Below, in pieces: positions 14,017 to 25,900 of a stretch of 64,000 nucleotides of DNA. The notes beneath the pieces are model-generated. The model was given only the letters and a program-made list of their open reading frames with translations. It was not told the origin of the DNA and searched no databases. A program made the position numbers and the translations under genes. Where the stretch lies: the NCBI GenBank assembly GCA_051362555.1, contig CM120648.1, positions 17,480,587 through 17,544,586 on the forward strand. The letters run 5' to 3'. This stretch comes from Lingula anatina. Taxonomy: Eukaryota; Animalia; Brachiopoda. Every line of letters starts with the position of its first letter. The first letter of the stretch is position 1.

Positions 14017-14465
14017 CCCTTTCTCTCAAGTTCCCTGTCCGGCTAGAACGTTGGCAATCATGGACTTCCACCTCTTCCTGTCCTTTGTGGTCTTCAACAG
14101 TTCTCGCTCCGCTATTCCTGTTCAACTGCCCATGGACTGCCTTACCGAGCGAGGAATCCAAATCTTTGACAGGGATTCCTTACACGTTGTTAGCTTCATT
14201 CGAAAAAGTGTACATATCCATGATATTCTTGGCAATTTAGGGCGGTGGTTTGCCATTGTTTTCCGCCCAGTGTTTTTATTGAGACACCATCTCTAACTAG
14301 CTGGCCATTGGCTCTAGATGAGCTCATCTGCCCTTTGATAGGTCTTGCTTTTGGTCCTACTGGGTTGCTAGCAACCCTCCTCATCAGGTTGCCCTGATGG
14401 GGTAGCCGGTTGAGTCGCCGTCCACTCCACCATGAAACCGGTAGTACTGGATTACACGTATACGA
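14017..14465 (-). mobile_element. Internally deleted RTE-clade non-LTR element (5' UTR segment joined to ORF 3' end)
   Basis: Minus strand carries the RTE 5' motif aatggcaaaccacc...aattgccaagaa. It then encodes ERELLKTTKDRKRWKSMIANVLAGQGT*, typical of RTE C-termini. The element is absent from the paralogous flank near 9250. Confidence 0.7.
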
Positions 14466-14835
14466 TACCAGTTCATATTGGCGGTTTCAGGGAGGGAGAG
14501 AGGGGGGAGGGGACAAGGTTGGTGACGTGTCCCAACCTCACTTCATAGGTTCTCCCAACTCTCCTGTCTCCCGACCACTAATATACATTATCATAAGAAT
14601 TAAGTACAGGTAAAGTATTAGAAAAAAAATAAAATAAAATTAATTTAGATTAAATGTAAAAATAAATTAAAAAAATAAACACCCCTGCGCCACGTGCGTA
14701 TAACAAAAATGTGCCTGCGTCTACTATTTGGGATTTTGTTTGCAAGAGATTTTTTTATGATCGTGCCCACTCCTTAGAAATTCCCCGCATGGGCTTGGGG
14801 TCCTAATGTTCGTGTAATATACAGAGGTATAATGT

Positions 14836-17800
14836 CTATCCTTCGCAGAGGAAGGCTCTGGCGCTGCTACACGACTCGTCGTTCCACGCCCCGTCGGAGA
14901 AGAGCTCCATACAATTTTCTCCACTTCCGCCGTTCGGCTCATTTGGACGCCATTCTGAATAGTCCACCGGATCTCCATTCGCAGCGTTCCACCGCCAGTC
15001 GCCATCTTGGACGATGTCGTCTGCTCCTAACCAAATGCTACCGGCTGAACAAATGGAGAAAAATGAAGCTTTTAGCTTTTGTTTAAAGCATATAGATATT
15101 ACTTCATGTGACAAGTATATTATTTTTTAAAAACTAAATACATGCGTGATTAGGCTTACTTGTGGCTTTTTTCTCAATTGTACTAAATCATGCTGTAACA
15201 GTTTTCTAAATCCCTAAAATTTGACTGAATATTAAAAAAAATATAGTGGGATATGATTTTAATTACTGACATGAAACCTGATTACCCAAAAATCAATGCA
15301 CGTAACAACCAATGACCTGGATACAGATTTGGGTCCCTGAAATGACCTAGATACATATTGAGGTCACTGAAGTGACCTGAATACAAGTTAAGGTCACTGA
15401 AATGACCTGGGTACATATTGAGGTCACTGAAATGACCTGGATACAGATTTACATGTACACACAATGGACAAAAGAAGTGTCACCCCTACTGAGCCAATAC
15501 TATGGGGGAGATAAATGACTGTGGAATGATATGCTCCTGGTATCATTTTATTTACATCAAATTTCACAAAAAATCACAAAATGAGAACAAAATATACATT
15601 CTACCAAAATATGCAGTTTCAAGTCCAAAATTAGTACTTAGTGGCATAGCTACGTGACCTAATAATAGGTGCCAGTCTACGAAGCAAGGATTCATATAAT
15701 TGTCTGATGCGTTCAGGGCTTATGCTGGCCCAAGCATGAAACACTTAATATAACAGAGTTTCTCTGCTGGTTAGATGGGCCTTTGTAAAAAGTTTTGACA
15801 TATCATTCCACACATTTTCTATTATGTTTGCATCCGGACTCTGGGCAGACCACATCACCCTGAGAATGTCCTGTTGGTCAAACCAATCATCAACTGCTCT
15901 GGGCCTGTGACAAGTGCATTGTCATCCTGGTGAACAAATGGATAATTCCTGTCACCAAACATGTTAGTAATAGATGGTAGCAAGCCTGACTCCAAAACAT
16001 CAACATATTTCTAGTGATTCATGTTTCCATTAACCACTATCAATTCGCCCAAGCCATGGATGCTGATGCAGCCCCACACCATGATGACTATGCTGCTCCG
16101 GGTTCAAAAATTCAGTGCATGTGGTTCAAATGCTTTACCAGCAGTTTACCAGCATAGTACCTCTGTCATCAGAGGTCAGACCAAAGCGACACTCATCAGA
16201 AAAAAATATATATAGGACCAATTGTCATGAACTGTCCAGTTCCAGATCCTGTTGACCCTAGTTTACTCTACGTTGCCTGTTTTGTAACGATATAAGAGGT
16301 TTCAGTCTTGCTACCCTGCTGTACACTCTCTGAGCATGTAACCGACGCCTAGCAATTTTCACAGACACATTCTTATGTGTGAAATTGTTCCACTGTGTTG
16401 TCAACTGACAAGCAGTGTCGAACTTTGACAACCTGGACATGAAAATCAGTCGTCGGTCTTTACGGCCAGTATTTTTTCTTGGACGACCCATCAAGAGGCA
16501 ATTTGTCTCTTGATCCAGTGTTTCTATACCGAGACCAGACCCTCTGCACGGTTCTGACTGAACAATTCAATTGTATCGATATTCTGACATTGCTTATATT
16601 CCGCCTCTTCAGATTAATAACTTTCACCTATAACCGTTAGATAATTGCCTGTATCTTGCCATATTGGAGGAAGACAGGAATAAAATTTGCTGTACATGTA
16701 CAAGACCAACAATACAATGACATGGTATAGCGGTTTTATACTCATTAGTCACATTATAAGTAGACCAGGCATTATAAGTACCCAAGATCTGCCTACTTTT
16801 ATTATTCTGAGTTAGGGGGTGACACTTCTTTTGTCCAGTGTGTGTAGGTCACTGAAATGACCTAGATACATATTTAGGTCACTGAAGTGACCTGAATACA
16901 AGTTAAGGTCACTGAAATGACGTGGGTACATATTGAGGCCACTGAAATGACCTGGATACAGATTTAAGTCACTGAAATGCCGTACCTGCCCCTGGGATTT
17001 GCTGCCAAAACGCATGTAAATAAATTAATTCGTTCCTAGTCTCTGCTGTTGCAAGGTGAGTCCCGTTTTGTTGGCAGTGTGCCGTTGCTGCTGCGTGCGA
17101 CACACTGATAGGGACGTAGGTATACGCTGGATAAGGACCTGGAAAAACAGGAAACACAAAGTTAGTGCCAAGATCAAGCCCACTGTAGGTCAAGGTGATA
17201 TTCAATACAAGTCAAGGGCATTTAGAATAAAGGTGAAGGCCAGTCTCACACACGGTAAAACAGATCCTTGTGAAAATTGCGCATTACTAATGTTAGCCAT
17301 CAGATAGGATCAATAGCAACATGCATGTCCCCAATTGAAAAAAATACAAACTTAATACAGTTGAGAAAATGAACGATCCGTTAAGTCAAATATGCAACAG
17401 CGGCGACTGTCCTTTACACATGTGCATGTTACTTACGAGATTGAGAACAGGTGACTTGCTGCTCAGACATCTCCAGCTGAAAATACAGCACACAGCCGAT
17501 TTTTAAATTATTATTTTATTTAAAAATATTATTAAAAAAATCTTCAACTTTACCAAAACAGAAACACACAGACAGTTTAAAAATTGTCGATTCAAAATGC
17601 AGTATTCGATTCTACGGTATATGAATAAAAAGTGACCTCTTATTGTTAATATAAAGGTACATAAATGTAATCTTACTTGTATTTTATAAAGATAGGTGGC
17701 GCTAGTGAACAGCATACCCCGTCGAGATGTGGGTGTTTAACGTGTCCGCACTGATATTATTATTATATACCAGTGTTATTAAAACACGTGAGCGTGATTT

Positions 17801-18609
17801 TAGAATTAATTTTAACTTTCCATGAAGAGGGCAGAGGGTAAACTTAAAATCCCATTAAATCCACCGGAAGTTAGCAACTTAACCGTGTTTGTTCTCTATT
17901 TTGTTTGTCTATCGATTTAACATGTTGTATCCGCACTGATACAGCCGTGCTCTAAACAGATTGATATTTGTAAGAAATGTCATATATTTTATCAGGTCCG
18001 GCAACCATTTTGAGCAAAGCAGTAAGCAGATAATTTCATTGAAGTAAATGGAAGGCATTTCAGTAGAACTAACCACAAAACCCTAACAAATTGCAGTCAA
18101 TAATATCTTAATAGTGTCCGGGTTTTTGATAAAACAATTGACGTGCACGTTCATGTATTGATGTGTGTGAACGTGTGTACATGTGTACTTGCATGACTGA
18201 ACGCATGTTGAAGCACGAGTATCCAGGCCTGATGCGTATCTATTCGATTAACGAATGAAATTAATGAAAAGTGATACATTACCTGTTCAAAGTACCGATA
18301 TCCATCTCTGTGAACCAAATTCGTGCTAGTCTCGTCGGATTTTGACTCAACAAATTCACATAAATCTTCCCATGAATTGACTTTAAAATAGTTGAATCCC
18401 ACACAGCGGGGCGTATTTGCCGTACACGCGATGGCGCAAGCGCTTTTTGCATACACGTATTGGTGTCCGAAAACATTAACATTTGCCACGTCTTCCCGGC
18501 AGCTTGGAGGGCTGACATATCTGTAGACAGCTGTAGAATTTTTATCTCCAACCACAATCCAAACGACCGCAAGTAGGAGATGCAAAATGAAAACCATGTT
18601 AAGAAGCAT
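14836..18609 (-). CDS. PAN/apple + C-type lectin gene, copy D (242 aa). Exons 18609-18283, 17476-17437, 17138-16986, 15044-14836
   Basis: Same exon sizes and phases. CTL ends ...WRPNEPNGGSGENCMELFSDGAWNDESCSSARAFLCEG*. Intron 3 is enlarged by a minisatellite and a Tc1 element. Confidence 0.92.
15311..16979. repeat. 30-bp minisatellite (aggtcactgaaatgacctggatacagattt), split into 15311-15451 and 16846-16979 by a Tc1 insertion
   Basis: About 5 and about 4.5 units are visible on the two sides of the transposon. Only 1-2 units occur at the paralogous sites (about 315, 6137, 9955-10003, 20700). Confidence 0.9.
15458..16844 (-). mobile_element. Degenerate Tc1-family DNA transposon in lectin D intron 3
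   Basis: TIRs cacaca(a/c)tggacaaaagaagtgtcacccc flanked by TA. Transposase fragments GRPRKNTGRKDRRL, FSDECRF, VWGCIS, HQDDNA and QSPDANIIENVW occur with frameshifts. Confidence 0.92.
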
Positions 18610-20138
18610 TTTGATACCAGCCAAAACAACTCTACTGTAGCAACGATATCTCTAGTCAGTCTCTGGAAAGTTTTTCCCTTGAGTGCTAGGTGGTGCGATT
18701 TATTTGTCAACCGTCTCTATACGGGATTATTATCGACATGGTAAATATATGGCGATGACGCTCTGATCTCTCAAACACAAACTAACATACTCGAAAAACA
18801 ATGGCCACCAGATGCAAATATGACCGCAAAACGAAATCAACTCTCTTTCTATAATATAATAAAAATCCAATGCCTTCGAAACACAATACTCATAATCAAT
18901 GTAGAGAACTCAACGTTATAATCGTATCCATTTGGAGAACATTTTATAATTGTTTGCACTTAATCCTAAGAAGAAAAACATTTATAGTTCATTGTGTGTC
19001 TTTTCCTTTACCGTTGGCGCAAACAAAAGAACAGAAGCACACGCGATATCTGTAAGTTCTATAAAATGACTCCCAATGTGTCCAACTAGCTCTTATACAT
19101 ACATGATAACTGCGTAAATAAATATATGTGTGCGTACACTAAAATCAAATATTGGTTTTTCGCTAATTGTAAGAAATGTCTGTTGCTAATTCATGTCACA
19201 AATCTCTGGCGACGGAAAAAAGGACATAATTAATCTGCCGCCCTGGTAGAGGGCTTACGTAACCTACGTACAGGACAATCACGTTGCTCGATAGAAGCAG
19301 GAAACCCGTTAATTAGTGCCTATTCAAGAGAAAAGTCAAAAGCAATGACATTCAAGATGTTCATGTTCTCTCTTTCTCTTTCTCTCTCTCCCTCTCTCTC
19401 ATTCTCTGTGAGTGCCTTGGTTTTGAATGAAATGGAGAAACGAATAAAAGTATTTTATCTGCTAAGTTTTCTTTTTTTCTGACATACATACATAGTGTTA
19501 ATGAGGATAAACAAGTTCATCGTACTTATTACCTTCATTTGAGAGTTGTAAGGGAGATATCATACGCATTTATATATAGTTTGTTTTTTTTTACTCAAAC
19601 TCCCCTGTTTGTGTCTTTGTGAAAGGAGGTTAGTAACATCCAAAACTGCAGGCACAATTGGAAAGTTAAGGCAAAATAAGGCTGACTATAAACTTTCAGA
19701 CAATCAGAATTGTGTACACTCATTTATTTATTTTCTTCTTATTTGTTCAATTGATTATTCCTTGTATTTTATGTTATTGGTTAATGGGAAAAATGCATCG
19801 TGCTTCAGTTTCATTGGTAGAGGCATTGACAGTTCACCTAATGAATGTCACTGTTAAAAGGGTGGGGGGGGGGTCGCCGACCAATCAAATAAGTCACCTG
19901 CTATGATTAGGTAAACGAATTCCGTGAAATATGGACTTTCATATACCGCCCCGGGTATACAGAAGGTAATCACACATAACAAGGCCGACGATAAAAACGA
20001 GTCATTTCCAACCCTTTGCCCTCATATCACAACATAACTACGGTCGTCTACTATTTACGTCAATTAGCTCCTTGCTGTATCCGCGTGCCCCACGCCCTCT
20101 TTTGAAATCCCCGGATGTGTCAGTGGATTCGACAGTTT

Positions 20139-22874
20139 CTACCCTTCGCACAAGAAAGTTTTAGTCCTGTCACAATCCTTGTCGTTCCACACCATGTCTG
20201 AATACATCTCCATACAGTTTTCTCCACTTCCGCCATTCGGCTCAACTGGATGCCATGCTGAATATTCCACCGGATCTCCATTTGCAGCGTTCCACCGCCA
20301 GTCGCCATCTTTTGCGATGTCGTCTGCTCCCAGCCAAATACTGCTCTCTGAAAGTACGAACAGAAAGTTGTAGCCATGAATTTTCAGTGAATCATATAGA
20401 TCATGCTAAAAGCTACATATAGTTAAGGCCAATAGTTTTCTCACTATTAGTGACAGTTTTGGCAAACGAAATTGATATGCACTATACACAGCTTTACACT
20501 TTAAGAGAGAACAAAACATTATTTGTATTAATAACGCCGCCAATACTCAAATGTTCCAGAAATAGTTTTAACATTTGTTTGTTAATATTGTAAGCTTGAA
20601 TATTATTGAAGATCCTGAAAAACATAAAATGGAATACATATAAAGTGTAAGCATCTTAACTAAATATTAATTCCCCGTCAATCAATTGACGATAAACTAA
20701 TGACCCAGATACAGATCTAGGTCACTGTTGTGTCGCACCTGCCCCTGGGACTTGCTGCCAAAACGCATGTAAATAAATTAATTCGTTCCTTGTTTCGGCT
20801 GTTGCAAGGTGAGTCCCGTTCTCCCGGCAGTGTGCCGTTGCATCAGCGTACGACAGACTGATAGGAACGTAGGCATACACAGGATAAGGGGCTAGAAATA
20901 AAGTAAACACTTGATCAGTGCCAAGGTCAGTCCCAGTGTACGGTCAGTTCAATGTAAGGTCAGTCTCATTACAGGTCAAGGTCAGTCTCAATATAGGTCA
21001 AGGTCAGTTACAATTACGGTAAAACAGAACTTTGAAGAAATGGTGCTAGCACTGATATTGGTAATCAGTCAGGGTCAAAAACATTGATACGTCCCATGTG
21101 AAGACACTGTAAACGGCATTTGCAAATGAGTTATCTATAGTATTATAAATGACCACACCGTGGCATTCACATGTGCATGTTACTTACGAGTTCGAGAACA
21201 GGTGACTTGCTGCTCAGACATCTCCAGCTGAAAAAAATGAGTACACAGCCGCTGTAGATGTTATAAATACAAAAAAGCAGTCTACAGTTTTGGGTTATAT
21301 GAATGAAAGAGAACATCTTATTGTTAATTTTTTAAATCTTAGTTATTTTGTATATGTGTAAAGGGGTTCAGATGCTAATAGAACCAGCCGAGACGAAAAC
21401 AAGAAGCGGGGAGTTTATAAAGGCAGCGGGCACCAACAAAATAATCGATACGATATGTGTGATGACGAATACCTTTTGCATCCTGTTTGGTGGCAGGTTA
21501 TACAATTTTTCAGAACGTATATATGACTATAAATCTAAAAACACCAACATTGCTAGGATAGCTTTTTTTAGTGATCACATGTATATTCAGTATTTCTTAT
21601 CTCCTTAAAAGACTGCCTTTTTTTAGATGAGAGGAGCCCATACGAGTAGATCTTTACTGTAATGCACACAGCAAGCAATTGCAACCAAAGCCCTTTAAAA
21701 TCACATTTTTTTTTGTGGTTCTTGTGGAGTATATATACGCTGAATAATTTTTTTGTTTATTCGAGACCCCTTTTGTTAAAGTGATGCTGTCTATACAAAC
21801 CAGACAAGCACGTGTACACGTATATACATCATGTTGGTCCAACACTATGATAAAGATTTTCCTTCCGCACGCCTCTGTGATGGTACGACACTCGACTCGT
21901 TGATGTATTTTCTCACAGCAAGGCATCACAAAAGGATTTCTTTAATGATAGAACCGTAACTCACTCACTGTTTCGATTTTTGGGACTGTGACAGTTCTAA
22001 GAGTCCTAAGTACCAGACGTGTGTTTGTCCAGCCAGGCATAAATTACCGGAAGTGATGATCGATACACCACCGATGTAACTTGAAATATGCTCGGTGTTA
22101 TGTAACGTGTATGTCTGTTTTCCAGCCTATATTAATACAGAAACTGATGCAAGCACTACCGCACTGTATATCAAAATTGTAGATATACTAACATTTAAAG
22201 ATGCAGTTGAGCGAGTTGGCATGTCAAATGTCAGCAAAAACCCGACCAAATACCATGATTTAGCATATCTTAATGGAAATACCAAAAATATCGTTTCACA
22301 TTTTCTGAAAAATGCGTTAAGGCTGACATATTCCGCTTTCTGTCTGTGATATATATTTACGCTTATCAGTCTTATCATTGGTGGTTTTCAGATCTGCCAA
22401 ACTTAACATATCCTGATACTTTAAATGTAGGCTACTATACCAGTGAGTAACGGGAGTTTAACAGACCGTGGAACGCACTCGTTCATGATGTGCTTGCATG
22501 TCGAATACAGCACGGCCAAGTCTTTTGTTCTACGCGCTAGCCGTGGTTTAAATGTAACAAACATACTTTCTGGTAATTGTGTGTGTTGAAACTCCCGTTT
22601 TGTCTACTTTATGGTCAAAACTGTATTTATCTAGATCTCACAGCTTTAAAACTATATCAAGTGTATGGGAGTGTCAGTGGTCACGTTACATAGGAAAATG
22701 TCCTTCTCAAAGCTTCCCCAATTTACGCAATGATAAGTTAATTAGTTGTTATGTAATGGTAAAAATAAATCTACGGTTACCCAGTTAGTAATGCGGTAGG
22801 GGTAGCACCTCCATGGGAGTATATTATTGCATATTGAATATATATATTTATACAGTGGCGGATTTACAGGGGGG

Positions 22875-22957
<83 letters not shown>

Positions 22958-25900
22958 CGCATGAATTGAGAGGAGTCGCCGAGGCTAGGTTGTTGTCAAA
23001 ATTTGTTATCATACACAAAACAACAGAATCAAATAGATGTAGGTTGAAAATGTCATTTTATTGACATTTGCACTTTGATTAATGTTCAAAGTACGAATGA
23101 AAAATACTAAGAGTTAGATATAAATCTATGAATGACAATCATGCATGTTATAAAATTTTCAAGCTTAAAGATATAATTTACATTTCAGCAAAGATGGAGG
23201 GAAAAAGCGCCCACACATGGCAATATGTTTTAGATAAATTTTATGTCCAAATTTCGGCCGAGGCTGAGAGCGAGCTGCGCAACCCCTACCCTTCAGGAAG
23301 GGGACGTAGGTTTCCTCAATGCTCTGACAGCCCACTAATAGAGTTGTCTCTCTTGGCCTTATAACTGCCATATGTACCCTATGCTACGGTTATGCCCTGT
23401 ATGTTGACTTAAACAAAATGAGAACTGCTAACACATAGAGGCTTACCTATATGTCAAATGTTTCTAAACATAAATACCATACATATAATAATGATACATA
23501 GAATTAATAATTGTTTTGTAGTGTTAATTAATCAGGGAACATTAGGGAGGGACAGGGTTGGGTTTGAGAAACTTTATGAAATTCACTAAAAACTCTTCTC
23601 TCCTGAGCATGTACTGCTAGGTTAAAATTTTCTAAGGAAGTGAGAGAGAGCGTTCTTTGTTCTTGGTGAAGCTGAACTCCTTATGATTCTGATTGGCTGA
23701 TCATAATGAGACTAGGTTGTACTGTCCAATCAGGTTTTGCTATACTGGTATCTGACCAGTGTCCCTTGGTAGTAATTAACTTAACAGCGTGAAACACAAA
23801 GCCAAGACATCCTGTCTGTAATTAGGGAATAAACATCTGGAGCTTATCTTAGTCTCTGGGAGTTTCCCTGGGCATCTTACATCACATTAATACCCTCATC
23901 ACACATAAATCCCTTTATTGTGACCAATAAATTATATTTATGAGTGCATGAATTGAGAGGAGTCGCCGAGGCTAGTTTGCTGTCAAAATTTGTTATCTCA
24001 CACAAAACAACAGAATCAAATAGATGTAGGTTGAAAATGTCATTTTATTGACATTTGCACTTTGATTAATGTTCAAAGTACGAATGAAAAATACTGAGAG
24101 TTAGATATAAATCTATGAATGACAATCATGCATGTTATAAAATTTTCAAGCTTAAAGATATAATTTACATTTCAGCAAAGATGGAGGGAAAAAGGGCCAA
24201 AGATACAGACTGTCCGCAGTCTGTATCCCCCCCCCCAAGGAGAATAAATTATATATATATATATATATAAGGATATACATTTATATATGTTTACATATGT
24301 AGTATGCTAAATTACACATGTGTTACTACATGTTATGCTATAAAATTAATTCCTATTCACATCATTATCATCAATTAGTAGCTGTGATGTTGATCCATAT
24401 TCTTCCAACGAGGTTTCTGTGGCTCCATGGTAACTCCGCCGTCTTGTACCTGTACACAACAAAACACAGCTAGACACGGGTTCGAATCCTAAGATATCGA
24501 TATAAATTTTTTGGCTCGAAATGGTTTCTAAAATTTGCGTTTGATTTCTATAATAGGAAACTGGTCGCTACGCAGCTGGTCGGTGCAGTCGGTAACATAC
24601 TTGGTTGTAAAAGAATGTAAATTAAGTACCAAGCCATCAGCAAACCATGGTGACGGCACGTCACGAGCTCAATTTCCAGGTGGAGCACACTAGTTCACCA
24701 CAACGACGGGCTGGCCCCGCAATCGAAAACGAATGCAAGCATTCGTGTGCATAAAATCCGTTATAGTTTAAAATTATTGATCAATTTTGACAACAAATAT
24801 TTGCTCGGCATTATCATAAAGTCCGCGTCGTCAATTATAGTTCTTTTCTCTTTGCTGTAAAGTCTTTGAAATGATACTTAGGCGGGATGGTCATTGACCT
24901 CTTTCCTTTATCAACTACGCAACAGAACGGAATTGAATTGAGTCAATACCTTACCGGTACGGCGTCATACATGTCATACAGACCTTTCATGATAAAGCTA
25001 TCTGTTCCATGGGACTATCAGGAAAAAAGCCAAAAAGTTACATTGCCGCTGTTGCTCTACTAATCATACATTTTGTTTTTTATGCCCTCTCCCCTCCTTT
25101 GGTCTTGCTTATCAAGACTGTACATATAATCATACAGTACTCGGGTCAACTCCACAGTGGATGTTTGAAATGGCAAATAGTACTCACAACTAAAACCGTT
25201 AAATTGGGAACCGCTTTGGCTCTTATCGTGCTCTATAGCGTCACAAGTCAAACGTAAACTCAGTGTAAAACGAAATGAAAACAACAGCATCTGAAATCCT
25301 CTAACTAGAAATGTTTGGCTATTACGTAAGATTGCCACCTAAATGGCTGACTTTTGGGTGTCTAGGGGCCAGTGAAAGGGAATATCCCCCCCCCCCCCCG
25401 TAAGAACCTGGTAAAGTGGCACGGTATACACAGTGGCGGATTTAGGGGGTGTCAGGGGGGTCCTGCCCCCCCTTCGATTTCTGAAAATAATGACACCAAT
25501 GATCCCCTCTTAAAATTAGAATTTTGTCTAGCTGAATCATAGTTCTAAACCGTACCAAGTGGCACCGTTCGCCTTCTAAAAGACCATTTCTTTCGTCCTC
25601 CGACCCTACGCCAAGGGGGGGGGGGGGTCGATTTCGTATCCGCGGACCCCTCCTTCAAAAAATCCTGAATCCGCTGCTGTATAGGCCTATAGAACAACTA
25701 TTGGTGCTGCTTGCGTTTATTTAAAAAGAAAATATTGGCGCAATATATAATAAGATGTATTGAACACAATATACTTCTACTTATTTAATAAATATTTTAT
25801 TTCACTTATTCGATAGATGTTATTTTGTCTACTTTTAATTACCTATTGAGGGCCGTGGGGATTGTTTTTTTTTTAAATTTATTACGTTCTTACACTTAAT

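Noticed and set aside
14340-14420. CUGAUGAG and GAGGAGGGUU as a hammerhead or twister ribozyme
   Set aside because: There is no correctly placed GAAA/stem III and no GUCCCAAGCC loop. Kept only as an unclassified structured-RNA candidate.
15282-15464. Repetitive ORFs (YPGHFSDLN)n here and at 16812-17015, and possible CRISPR-like periodicity
   Set aside because: These are translations of a 30-bp intronic minisatellite. There are no unique spacers or cas genes, and the context is eukaryotic.
24465-24620. tRNA-like boxes (gggttcgaatcc; ggtgcagtcggtaa)
   Set aside because: The boxes are in the wrong order and spacing and no cloverleaf forms. At most these are SINE debris.
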